From a virus (lineage: Duplodnaviria; Heunggongvirae; Uroviricota; Caudoviricetes): a DNA stretch of 13,959 nt. This document shows positions 1 to 7,589 of this stretch, piece by piece. Every line of letters begins with the position of its first letter. Positions within the stretch are counted from its first letter, which is position 1. The notes beneath the pieces are model-generated. The model saw only the letters and a list, made by a program, of their open reading frames with translations. It had not been told where the DNA came from and searched no databases. The DNA is taken from IMG/VR virus record IMGVR_UViG_2740892233_000006; one strand, 5' to 3'. A program made the translations under genes and the position numbers.

Positions 1-407
1 CGTAGCTGATCACATGCGCCTTTGATATCGCCCTGGTTTATTTTGCGAAGAAGCGTCGATGTTCTGAAATTGCCAGCACCCACGTTGTAAACGAATGAGT
101 AAAGAGCGCCGCGCGTTGTTTCCGGTATATCGACTTCGATGTACGGGTTAATTTGTCTGGCGACAGTGGCAAGGTCTTTATTCAAGAGTGCTTTGCATTC
201 TGCTTTGGTATACGTTTTACCGAGCATGATGTCTTTTCCTGTATGCCCGTGACATACAGTCCATACACCAACAATATCTTTGTATGGTATGTAGCTGACA
301 CCTTCCAGACCATCGTTACCACTTGGGCCAGTGATTAACACTGATGCTATAGCAATTGCTCCGCCACCAATAGCAGCAGCAACGGCTTTTCGTAATGATG
401 GAGGCAT
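1..407 (-). CDS. rrrD: SAR endolysin (phage 21 R / RrrD-like lysozyme), C-terminal part lost at window start
   Basis: Minus-strand reading from ATG at 407-405 gives [23 protein letters not shown]..., a signal-anchor-release N-terminus as in phage 21 R. The ATG overlaps the holin stop (TAATG). ORF runs off the window edge. Confidence 0.8.
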   Translation of the reverse strand, partial: MPPSLRKAVAAAIGGGAIAIASVLITGPSGNDGLEGVSYIPYKDIVGVWTVCHGHTGKDIMLGKTYTKAECKALLNKDLATVARQINPYIEVDIPETTRGALYSFVYNVGAGNFRTSTLLRKINQGDIKGACDQL

Positions 408-622
408 TATTCACCTCTCGCAGCCTTGCGCTTATCTTCTTTAATCTTGAAATAAAGGTTTGTCAGGTACGTCAGCAGGCCAAATACCAGGCTACCCAGC
501 ACACCTATTGCTGCCCACTGTGAGGGCGTGACTTTATCGAGCAGCTGTAAAAACCAGTAACCGGCACTACCTGCTGAGGTGCCATAGGCGACACCCGTTG
601 TTAACTTATCCATGGATTTCAT
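407..622 (-). CDS. essD: class II pinholin (S21 / EssD-like) with dual-start motif
   Basis: ORF track 407..667; likely real start is the internal MKSMDK (Met-Lys-Ser-Met dual start) preceded by GAGGTG SD, giving 71 aa: [31 protein letters not shown]...[13 protein letters not shown] with two hydrophobic segments. Confidence 0.85.
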
Positions 623-749
623 AACCCCACCTCGCAGACAAAGCGGGTGTAAATTGAGGGAATACAACGTATCGCAAAAAAGCAGAAACGTAACAGACTC
701 GGAGTCAGTGAATAACTCAGGTATTGGGTTATCAGCTAATATCGAGACT

Positions 750-783
750 CAAAAAATGGAAAAACCCGCTCGACGGCGGGTTT
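750..783 (-). terminator. rho-independent terminator just upstream of the lysis cassette (candidate tR')
   Basis: Minus strand reads CCCGC-cgtcga-GCGGG stem-loop followed by TTTTTCCATTTTTT. Confidence 0.6.
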
Positions 784-1210
784 AAGCTGTGTGACGAAGT
801 AACCACTCTTAACAGCATAACCAATTTTTTACGTACGTAAACCACTAAATGATATTTGCGAGAATGCTACCGAGTATTGAAAACACCACTACAAATACAT
901 AAACAAATCTCAACAAATAACCAACAAATAATTTCCAGCGTTATTTTTAGCCGATTTAAATTGAACCTTCAAATTATAGGGCACTTATAAATAACAGCCA
1001 TTAATATAAATTGGCTAATAGATTTATTTTTATTCAGCCAAGAGCCATGAATAGGATTCGATAGAAAAAGTTCAGATAAAAATAGAGATCTACTTCACAA
1101 ATCAAATGAGAAACCAAAACTTACATCTTGAAATAATCACATTGATTAGATGAATATTTATCGCGCAGTGACATCATTTTTTAATAATAGTTCAAAAAAA
1201 AGGGCTCACG

Positions 1211-2293
1211 ATGAAAAAATTAACAGTGGCAATTTCTGCTGTAGCTGCATCAGTACTGATGGCGATGTCTGCTCAGGCAGCTGAAATTTATAATAAAGAC
1301 AGTAACAAGCTGGATCTGTACGGGAAAGTTAATGCTAAGCACTACTTCTCCTCTAATGATGCAGATGATGGTGATACTACTTATGCCCGTCTTGGCTTCA
1401 AAGGTGAAACCCAAATCAACGATCAACTGACTGGTTTCGGTCAGTGGGAATATGAATTCAAAGGCAACCGCGCTGAATCTCAAGGTTCCTCCAAAGATAA
1501 AACCCGTCTTGCCTTCGCTGGCCTGAAATTCGGTGACTACGGCTCCATCGATTATGGCCGTAACTACGGTGTAGCATACGATATTGGTGCATGGACCGAC
1601 GTTCTGCCAGAATTCGGTGGCGATACCTGGACCCAAACAGATGTATTCATGACTGGTCGCACCACAGGTGTTGCAACTTATCGTAACAATGACTTCTTTG
1701 GTCTGGTTGATGGTCTGAACTTTGCTGCTCAGTATCAGGGTAAAAATGACCGTACTGACGTAACTCAAGCTAATGGTGATGGTTTCGGTTTCTCCACTAC
1801 TTATGAGTATGAAGGTTTCGGCGTAGGTGCAACCTATGCTAAATCTGATCGCACTAATAATCAGGTTATCTACGGTAACAACAGCCTGAATGCATCTGGT
1901 CAAAATGCTGAAGTATGGGCAGCTGGTCTGAAATATGATGCGAACAACATCTATCTGGCTACTACCTATTCTGAAACCCAAAACATGACTGTTTTTGGTA
2001 AAAACCATATTGCCAACAAAGCACAAAACTTCGAAGTAGTTGCACAATATCAGTTCGACTTCGGTCTGCGTCCGTCCGTTGCTTATCTGCAATCTAAAGG
2101 GAAAGACTTGGGTGCTTGGGGTGATCAGGACCTGGTTGAATATATTGATGTAGGTGCAACCTATTACTTCAACAAAAATATGTCCACTTTTGTTGACTAC
2201 AAAATCAACCTGATTGATAAGAGCGATTTCACGAAAGCATCTGGCGTTGCTACCGATGATATCGTTGCTGTAGGTATGGTTTACCAGTTCTAA
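1211..2293 (+). CDS. nmpC: outer-membrane general porin, prophage-encoded (NmpC/Lc type, OmpC/OmpF/PhoE family)
   Basis: 360 aa; signal peptide [23 protein letters not shown] then [16 protein letters not shown]...; C-terminus ...VGMVYQF. Lies between Q and holin on the opposite strand. Confidence 0.9.
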   Translation: MKKLTVAISAVAASVLMAMSAQAAEIYNKDSNKLDLYGKVNAKHYFSSNDADDGDTTYARLGFKGETQINDQLTGFGQWEYEFKGNRAESQGSSKDKTRLAFAGLKFGDYGSIDYGRNYGVAYDIGAWTDVLPEFGGDTWTQTDVFMTGRTTGVATYRNNDFFGLVDGLNFAAQYQGKNDRTDVTQANGDGFGFSTTYEYEGFGVGATYAKSDRTNNQVIYGNNSLNASGQNAEVWAAGLKYDANNIYLATTYSETQNMTVFGKNHIANKAQNFEVVAQYQFDFGLRPSVAYLQSKGKDLGAWGDQDLVEYIDVGATYYFNKNMSTFVDYKINLIDKSDFTKASGVATDDIVAVGMVYQF

Positions 2294-2317
2294 TTTGATT
2301 ACTAAAACATATGTTGT

Positions 2318-2363
2318 GGGAGGCTTTGCCTCCCCAACATATAAGTGGCTCCCTCAAGCCACT
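2318..2363 (+). terminator. stem-loops downstream of nmpC (candidate nmpC terminator; no canonical U-tract)
   Basis: GGGAGGC-ttt-GCCTCCC (2318-2334) and AAGTGGCT-ccctca-AGCCACTT (2342-2363), starting about 25 nt after the nmpC stop. Confidence 0.35.
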
Positions 2364-2481
2364 TCCTTTAGAAGCACAACCTTGCTTCTAACTATATAAA
2401 CCTTCTGTTATATATTACCCTTTATTTTTGGGGGCGTTTCAACGCCCCATTCTTAATAATTTTTAGTAAACAATTGGCATA

Positions 2482-2865
2482 TTAATTAGAGTTATTAACA
2501 ACGATATCCATCTCTAACCGGATATCTAATGCCATTAACATCCCTTCAATTATGCCCTCAGCCTTCTGTAACCTTTTCCCGATATAACCATCAGAGCAGC
2601 AATGCTTACCTGCCAGTGACATGAATGTCATACCGACTACATAATAATCTACTAATAAATCGTGCAAATCGCTGTTGTTCTTTTTCAGACGGGCCATGCA
2701 CCCGCAAATGATCATCGCGTCATCGTCACAACATTGCGGGCGAGATTTTACTTTTGAAGTAATTAATCCCTTAAAACCGGCGGCAATGGACGACCAGGTC
2801 ACATCTTCATGATTATTAGCCGCCCACGCTCCCCAACGCTCAAGAACCATCTGAATATCACGCAT
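2482..2865 (-). CDS. quuD: late-gene antiterminator Q (phage 82 / QuuD type)
   Basis: ORF track 2482..2880 (TTG start); better start is ATG at 2865 ([24 protein letters not shown]...) with GGAG SD 8 nt upstream; 127 aa, Cys-rich, matches remembered QuuD. Confidence 0.85.
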   Translation of the reverse strand: MRDIQMVLERWGAWAANNHEDVTWSSIAAGFKGLITSKVKSRPQCCDDDAMIICGCMARLKKNNSDLHDLLVDYYVVGMTFMSLAGKHCCSDGYIGKRLQKAEGIIEGMLMALDIRLEMDIVVNNSN

Positions 2866-2950
2866 CAACTTACTCCACAAAAATCAGACCAGAACGCCAA
2901 TTACAAGCAAAAATCAACGAAACAGTATTAGTTGATTGTTATCTCTGACT

Positions 2951-3073
2951 TCATACTCCTGCTCCTGTCAGGGTTTTGGCGTAATTCTTCAGTATTCGGT
3001 AATCGGTCAAAACAGAACCGGGGAAACGATATAAGCGCAGACGCCCCCAGCGGTGGCGAAGACGTTCTGCCAT
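2951..3073 (-). CDS. ylcG: small protein, YlcG-like (40 aa)
   Basis: Manual translation between rusA stop and Q start: MAERLRHRWGRLRLYRFPGSVLTDYRILKNYAKTLTGAGV*. Same position as ylcG in DLP12. Confidence 0.4.
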   Translation of the reverse strand: MAERLRHRWGRLRLYRFPGSVLTDYRILKNYAKTLTGAGV

Positions 3074-3087
3074 ATAAAACTCAAACA

Positions 3088-3450
3088 TCATTCATTCCCC
3101 ATTTCGGTGATGGTCAGTTCCAGCCTCCCACCTTTGGTAACAGGCATCTTCACAACGCGGTAATCAACGACCTGAGCATCATCCAGCCAGAAACCTGCTT
3201 TAGTGAGTGCGTCAAAAGCGGCTTTTTGCAGATTATCCAGGTCACGGCGACGGCGATCCGGCATGTGGCACTCAATGCGGATTTTCACAGGCATAGCCAA
3301 GCCGATATCCAGCATTGCGTTTTTAATGATTCGGGCGACGTTATCGCGGTATGCCTGCCCCTCTGCGCTGACGTGCGTGCGCCCGCGATTATGGCGGTAA
3401 TAGCGATTATTGCTCGGAGGCCAGGGTAATGTGATGCTGTAGGTATTCAC
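3088..3450 (-). CDS. rusA: RusA Holliday junction resolvase
   Basis: [38 protein letters not shown]...[11 protein letters not shown]; likely GTG start at 3450 overlapping the ybcO stop (GTGA); 120 aa. Confidence 0.85.
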   Translation of the reverse strand: MNTYSITLPWPPSNNRYYRHNRGRTHVSAEGQAYRDNVARIIKNAMLDIGLAMPVKIRIECHMPDRRRRDLDNLQKAAFDALTKAGFWLDDAQVVDYRVVKMPVTKGGRLELTITEMGNE

Positions 3451-3737
3451 GCCTTGATTACCCCCTCTTTCAGCCAGATAACCTGCGTTCTCGCCATACC
3501 TTCCAGCGCGCATTCTTTTGCGTACTCAGCATCGACAAAATGCGTGCGGCGGTCGATTTCGTCGTGACAGGCAGAACAGGCAATGGTGGCAATAAGGTCT
3601 GGCGGTTTAATACCGGTGCCACACAGTCCAGCCAGCCGGATATGTGCCAGTACAGACGTTTCAGGGTTGCCATTGCATACGCCAGGGATTCTTACCTGGC
3701 ATTCGCGACCACGCGCTGCTTTTCTCAAATCAGCCAT
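3447..3737 (-). CDS. ybcO: YbcO-like protein (DUF1364, putative nuclease)
   Basis: ORF track 3447..3776; start at internal [37 protein letters not shown]... (96 aa), Cys-rich; overlaps the ninE end. Confidence 0.8.
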   Translation of the reverse strand: MADLRKAARGRECQVRIPGVCNGNPETSVLAHIRLAGLCGTGIKPPDLIATIACSACHDEIDRRTHFVDAEYAKECALEGMARTQVIWLKEGVIKA

Positions 3738-3900
3738 GATTCCTCCTTGCTGCCAGTCGCAACCATTTTTTATCAACCAGGCTGGCGGTATATCCGAGCA
3801 GTGTTGGTATTTCGGATGGTTTTAGCTCAGGCTTACGCTTACGACGATTTGGTACTCTGTAGATGTGTCCGTTCATGACACGAATAAGCGGTGTAGCCAT
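3730..3900 (-). CDS. ninE: NinE-like protein (56 aa)
   Basis: Manual translation: [59 protein letters not shown] overlaps the ybcN stop (TAATG); stop overlaps the ybcO start. Confidence 0.7.
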   Translation of the reverse strand: MATPLIRVMNGHIYRVPNRRKRKPELKPSEIPTLLGYTASLVDKKWLRLAARRNHG

Positions 3901-4355
3901 TACGCCTCCTGCTTGTCGCGCAGCAGCTGGAACTCGCAGCTCTGCGGAATAGTCAGGTGGCAGCCAATATTCATCGCCCAGGCTTCAACCTTACACAGGA
4001 AGACATACATCTCTCCGGTATCAAGATCGGAGGTATGGCGTAACGACTGGATAGTAGTGATTTCGCCGGTTACGACATCAACCAGGTCCTTGGTTTCATA
4101 ACCGAGGTATGTGTGTTTGAGAGCATCTTTTACCCATGCTGCGGTAGCGAACGATTTCCCCCTGCGGATAAGGTATTCACTGATTTCGCTGTACCACATG
4201 TGGCTAAGTGCATTCTGGGAAAGACTGCGTCTCTCGCGCCACGGTTTAAGCACCATGCGAAAGCACTTGCCGTCTTCCAAATAAGGCTGGAGCTGCTGAC
4301 CGATAGCGGTGAAGTTACCGCGATGCAGTTTGATGCCGTCTTGTGGGAGGTTCAC
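3900..4355 (-). CDS. ybcN: YbcN-like protein (DLP12 ybcN homolog; reported DNA base-flipping protein)
   Basis: 151 aa [55 protein letters not shown]...; GTG start preceded by GGAGGTGA SD. Confidence 0.8.
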   Translation of the reverse strand: MNLPQDGIKLHRGNFTAIGQQLQPYLEDGKCFRMVLKPWRERRSLSQNALSHMWYSEISEYLIRRGKSFATAAWVKDALKHTYLGYETKDLVDVVTGEITTIQSLRHTSDLDTGEMYVFLCKVEAWAMNIGCHLTIPQSCEFQLLRDKQEA

Positions 4356-4391
4356 GCTTCACCTCCGCAGAGGTCAAACGCTGGATAAAGA

Positions 4392-4484
4392 AAATCGCAG
4401 GTGCATTTCTGCATCTGTGACGGGAGAAGATAGTTTAGATTGTATGTGCGCATAAACGTCCCCGTTTAGCGCAGAAGTCACCGG
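4392..4484. repeat. 93-bp direct repeat, copy A (about 95% identical to 6713-6805)
   Basis: aaaatcgcaggtgcatttctgcatctgtgacgggagaagatagtttagattgtatgtgcgcataaacgtccccgtttagcgcagaagtcaccg; contains palindromic hairpin GCGCataAACG-tcccc-GTTTaGCGC. Confidence 0.75.
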
Positions 4485-4505
4485 AGGAGTTCAAACTCCG
4501 GTGAC
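4479..4505 (-). other. perfect 9-bp stem-loop downstream of the cargo cassette (TCACCGGAG-N9-CTCCGGTGA); no U-tract
   Basis: Inverted repeat read directly; lies between the 133-aa gene stop and repeat copy A. Confidence 0.35.
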
Positions 4506-4576
4506 TTAATTATGACAAGTTGATTATTGAAAATCAAAAGTCATTTAAACAATAATGATACCCAGCAAGAGATTTC

Positions 4577-4978
4577 TTATTTTAACTCATAGATCAGACA
4601 GTCAACGATTTCTAAACCATTTACCATAGAATTAGAAACGCGAACTTTACCATCGTTGACTCTAGCAAATCCTTTTAACATTTTATAAACAAAAGCTGAA
4701 TCCCCCTTAGCCTCAATTGCTTCTAATGGTATCGGCTTATACTTTTTTGATATGCTATTTCTATTTATCTCACTGATTTTTCTATATATTTCTGCCGGCC
4801 CACGTTCTGAGAAGTCACTGATAACTAAAATATATCTCCAAGATAGATCTGGGTAATAAAACCACATTGCAGCATCAATAGTTAAATTCTGTAACTTGAG
4901 TTTTTTTAACAAAAATTGACCTGAGAATTCCATATCTTTTGTCAACTCTCTGCCGATTACCAGTGTGCTTTTACCCAT
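4577..4978 (-). CDS. hypothetical 133-aa protein, partner gene overlapping the HEPN-like gene end
   Basis: ATG at 4978 preceded by GGAG SD (7-nt spacing); overlaps upstream gene by 22 nt; AT-rich codon usage unlike flanking phage genes; no family recognised. Confidence 0.55.
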   Translation of the reverse strand: MGKSTLVIGRELTKDMEFSGQFLLKKLKLQNLTIDAAMWFYYPDLSWRYILVISDFSERGPAEIYRKISEINRNSISKKYKPIPLEAIEAKGDSAFVYKMLKGFARVNDGKVRVSNSMVNGLEIVDCLIYELK

Positions 4979-5373
4979 TTCAAAACTCCAGAATTTTGGT
5001 CACCTACAGCATCAAACAATTGTTCGGCCATAGCTTTACTTATGTTATTGTCGTATCTAAATTGCTCGCTCCAGTCTTTAACGACCGACCAGTTAATCTC
5101 CAACGAAACATCATTTTTTGCGTCAGCAATCAAAATTTGATGTAAGTTGGCAATTTTGAGAAGTTGCGACAAATCATGAGTATATGAATCATTTACGACT
5201 TTTTTGTTTGGAAACTCATGTTGTAAAAATGACTTGGCAATACAGGCCTTCAATGCACATTCAACTGCATACCCACAAAGATAATATGCACCATGAAAAA
5301 AGCCATGATCAAGCAAGCATTTGGCCTCATTAAGCCTAGTGTCAGATAATGCTTCAAGGTCGTTTTTATTCAT
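4957..5373 (-). CDS. HEPN-like domain protein (138 aa), candidate toxin/abortive-infection effector
   Basis: LLDHGFFHGAYYLCGYAVECALKACIAKS ... SYTHDLSQLL ... EQFRYDNNISKAMAEQLF matches the remembered HEPN (PF05168-type) pattern (helical A-x-E-x-ALKA, H-x-L-x-x-L, RY); TATAAT-like hexamers upstream on minus strand. Confidence 0.5.
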   Translation of the reverse strand: MNKNDLEALSDTRLNEAKCLLDHGFFHGAYYLCGYAVECALKACIAKSFLQHEFPNKKVVNDSYTHDLSQLLKIANLHQILIADAKNDVSLEINWSVVKDWSEQFRYDNNISKAMAEQLFDAVGDQNSGVLKWVKAHW

Positions 5374-5672
5374 ACAATTATAACTTGAATTATCCTAATT
5401 TTTATGATTATACCCTTATCAGGTATGATGTAGGAACTGAAAACAATATTGGATATCATTTTCGGTATTTCTCTGCAAATTCCAGCCCACAGGATCTCGG
5501 TGTACAATCTGTCGCTGATCGCGCAAATTTAGGGTCAATCACTTCATTTTTTGCATCAAACCCTCACTAACATCGAACGATTATAGTACAAGTAGTGTTC
5601 TTGACTTCTCATTAAACCGTCAGCATTCAATTAATTACAAAATACTAGCGGCATTTCTCTCCCGCAACTTTA

Positions 5673-6281
5673 TTACAGCCGTTCAGAACGTAAATGCGTC
5701 AATACTCGACTCCACTTATCATCCTGCCACGGCCGGAATTTTACATGTGCCGTTTCTCTGGCAAGGATTGCCTGTGCCTTATTGAGTATCCGGGGATATT
5801 CTTGTTCGATTGAAGTGAAGCGACCGGCTTCGCGGTGTTCTGCTACCTGAAGAAGCGGAGTGACGTTTTGGCAAGCGGTTAACATTGTGTCACTTGCCCG
5901 CCATAACCAAGCAAGTGTGCAAAGTTCGTTATCAGTGAATTGTTTTGTGATTGGGGATTGTTGAATTTCTCGATCGAGAATATCCAGCACCCAGCGGCGG
6001 AATTCTTTGGCCACAGGAGTGCGGGCGAACATGGCGATCAGATGGGCGCCACGGAGGGAGAAAATGCGAGTCTTCTTACGATAATTTCCTGAGGTCGTTG
6101 ATTCGACGACCTGAGACATTCCGTCAGTAAACTCATCAATATTTTTGTTGTAGATGTCGGTTACTGCTTTGGTGCTGGCATATTTTAATGCTGCCGCCAA
6201 TTCTTTGCTGGTAAACCAGATCTGGTTGTTGTGATTTATAGGAGTGAATTTTACATCGCGGAATGCGAGCTGAGTGACCAT
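5673..6281 (-). CDS. phage antirepressor-like protein (Bro-N / KilA-N / AntA-type N-terminal domain, unknown C-terminal domain)
   Basis: ORF track 5673..6518; domain-like sequence starts at internal Met: MVTQLAFRDVKFTPINHNNQIWFTSKELAAALKY...TRIFSLRGAHLIAMFARTPVAKEFRRWVLDIL. Start is uncertain (no good SD); a terminator at 6443-6466 argues against the 6518 start. Confidence 0.55.
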   Translation of the reverse strand: MVTQLAFRDVKFTPINHNNQIWFTSKELAAALKYASTKAVTDIYNKNIDEFTDGMSQVVESTTSGNYRKKTRIFSLRGAHLIAMFARTPVAKEFRRWVLDILDREIQQSPITKQFTDNELCTLAWLWRASDTMLTACQNVTPLLQVAEHREAGRFTSIEQEYPRILNKAQAILARETAHVKFRPWQDDKWSRVLTHLRSERL

Positions 6282-6442
6282 AGCGATAATCTCGTTTTGA
6301 ATTTGAGCTATCACCACCGACGACGCCAATCGACTGGTGGTGGACTGTGCAAGGTTGGCGTAACCGGTCAAAACGAAATCCGGCGCTTCCGAAGAAGCCC
6401 TCACACAGCCCACCATAATTTTTGTGTAGACGTGCACTGCGC

Positions 6443-6466
6443 ATAAAAAAACCGCGAACGCGGTTA
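6443..6466 (-). terminator. rho-independent terminator in the nin-type region (tR2-like position)
   Basis: Minus strand: AACCGCG-ttc-GCGGTT followed by TTTTTTTAT. Confidence 0.6.
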
Positions 6467-6712
6467 TGCGTCGTTTTGATGTCCGGGACGCCAATCCCGT
6501 GTGCCGATTTTGCGGCAACGCACAGAATATAGCGCCGGATAAATAATGTCGTCAACCCTTGCATATGGGGGGCGCGATGATCACTACTACCACCATAATC
6601 GCTCCAACTGTTGCAACTACTTTAGGCTAAGACATCACGATTTCCATATCACCTTTAGCCGCCAGACAAACAGAGACTCCCTGTTCTTGGCTGCCAAAAA
6701 CACCGAATGCAA

Positions 6713-6805
6713 AAAATCGCAGGTGTATTTCTGCATCTGTGGAGGGAGAAGAGAGTTTGGATTGTATGTGCGCATAAACGTCCCCGTTTAGCGCAGAAGT
6801 CACCG
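6713..6805. repeat. 93-bp direct repeat, copy B (partner of 4392-4484)
   Basis: aaaatcgcaggtgtatttctgcatctgtggagggagaagagagtttggattgtatgtgcgcataaacgtccccgtttagcgcagaagtcaccg; 5 mismatches to copy A. Confidence 0.75.
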
Positions 6806-7033
6806 TAGTTGTTCATATTCTGATGACATGATAATTTCCTATTGAATAGAAAAAATTAACACGACTCATTCTTATGACTGGAAAAAGCAATCATGCTAAT
6901 AATCATTGTTGTTCCAGTTCCAAATGCAGCGAAATAATCACCAATATTTTTTCTACCGGTTTCGACTTTGATGCTATATTCTGCTAACACCTAACTAACA
7001 CTACGTTTCACACAGCAATTACATGGAAATAAC

Positions 7034-7381
7034 ATGACTATCAAAGCGACTGACATAGAGATTCTTCATCGTTATGCTGAAGGGGTAATGGAACGTTCTA
7101 ACCATCATGCAAAAAATGTTGGTGCAGCCGCTCTTACATTGCTAGGAGGTGTTATCTGGAAAGCCCTGCCCGGATCAATCGAGATAAGAACGTATAACGG
7201 AAGTCTTGCAAATATGGTGTGGTGGCAAAGCGAAAGAACATTAAAAAATTATGCAATCTCATACAACCATAATTCATGTGAAATTGAAATGAGAGATGAA
7301 TCAGTCAAAGGTGCTGTATTATTTAGCATTTCCAACGAAACCACTCCAGAAAAAATATTATCACAGCTTTCTGAGCTTTAA
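7034..7381 (+). CDS. hypothetical 115-aa protein, reverse-oriented orphan (moron) gene at the ren position
   Basis: MTIKATDIEILHRYAEGVMERSNHHAKNVGAAALTLLGG...; purine-rich RBS; AT-rich; opposite strand to the flanking early genes; stem-loop directly downstream. Confidence 0.55.
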   Translation: MTIKATDIEILHRYAEGVMERSNHHAKNVGAAALTLLGGVIWKALPGSIEIRTYNGSLANMVWWQSERTLKNYAISYNHNSCEIEMRDESVKGAVLFSISNETTPEKILSQLSEL

Positions 7382-7386
7382 TTAAA

Positions 7387-7404
7387 GGCGGTGCTAACAC
7401 CGCC
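7387..7404 (+). terminator. stem-loop after the 115-aa gene (GGCGGTG-ctaa-CACCGCC), weak or bidirectional terminator
   Basis: Perfect 7-bp GC-rich stem 6 nt after the stop codon; A/T-rich flanks but no clean U-tract. Confidence 0.35.
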
Positions 7405-7556
7405 CATACCATTACTCCACATCTTACGCAACTTGATAATTATGCTCTATTAAATACCCACAATATTTCATCAATGCATGGGTCAGCTACAAAATGTTTA
7501 CCGTGGTAATTCCTGTTTTCGCAACATCTCAAAAGAACAATAAACACTGTATTTCT

Positions 7557-7589
7557 TCAAGTAACGAAGAATCTTTCTTTGCCCGTCAT
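7557..7589 (-). pseudogene. ren: ren 5' remnant (MTGKERFFVT*)
   Basis: ATG overlaps the P stop codon (GTATGA) as ren does in lambda; first residues MTGKE match remembered lambda Ren, then stop after 10 codons. Confidence 0.4.

Noticed and set aside
153-338. 61-aa plus-strand ORF
   Set aside because: Lies antisense inside the SAR endolysin coding region; no RBS or recognisable product.
1250-2092. 280-aa minus-strand ORF
   Set aside because: Antisense frame within the porin gene; Cys/Ile-rich low-complexity translation typical of a spurious frame.
2932-3429. Plus-strand ORFs 2932..3429 and 3203..3400
   Set aside because: Antisense to ylcG-like and rusA; the minus-strand genes have clear homology and coupling.
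3470-4388. Overlapping ORFs 3470..3673 (-), 3540..3878 (+), 3583..3825 (+), 3865..4101 (+), 4113..4388 (+)
   Set aside because: Alternative frames over ybcO, ninE and ybcN; the minus-strand frames chosen give recognisable proteins with coupled start/stop overlaps.
4939-5570. Plus-strand ORFs 4939..5145 and 5349..5570
   Set aside because: Antisense to the HEPN-like gene or within the AT-rich promoter region; no RBS.
6136-6791. ORFs 6136..6564 (-), 6231..6446 (+), 6546..6791 (+), and the 5' extension 6282..6518 of the antirepressor-like ORF
   Set aside because: They overlap each other and a strong terminator at 6443-6466; translations are Cys/His/Arg-rich and unlike proteins; the recognisable domain of the real gene starts at 6281.
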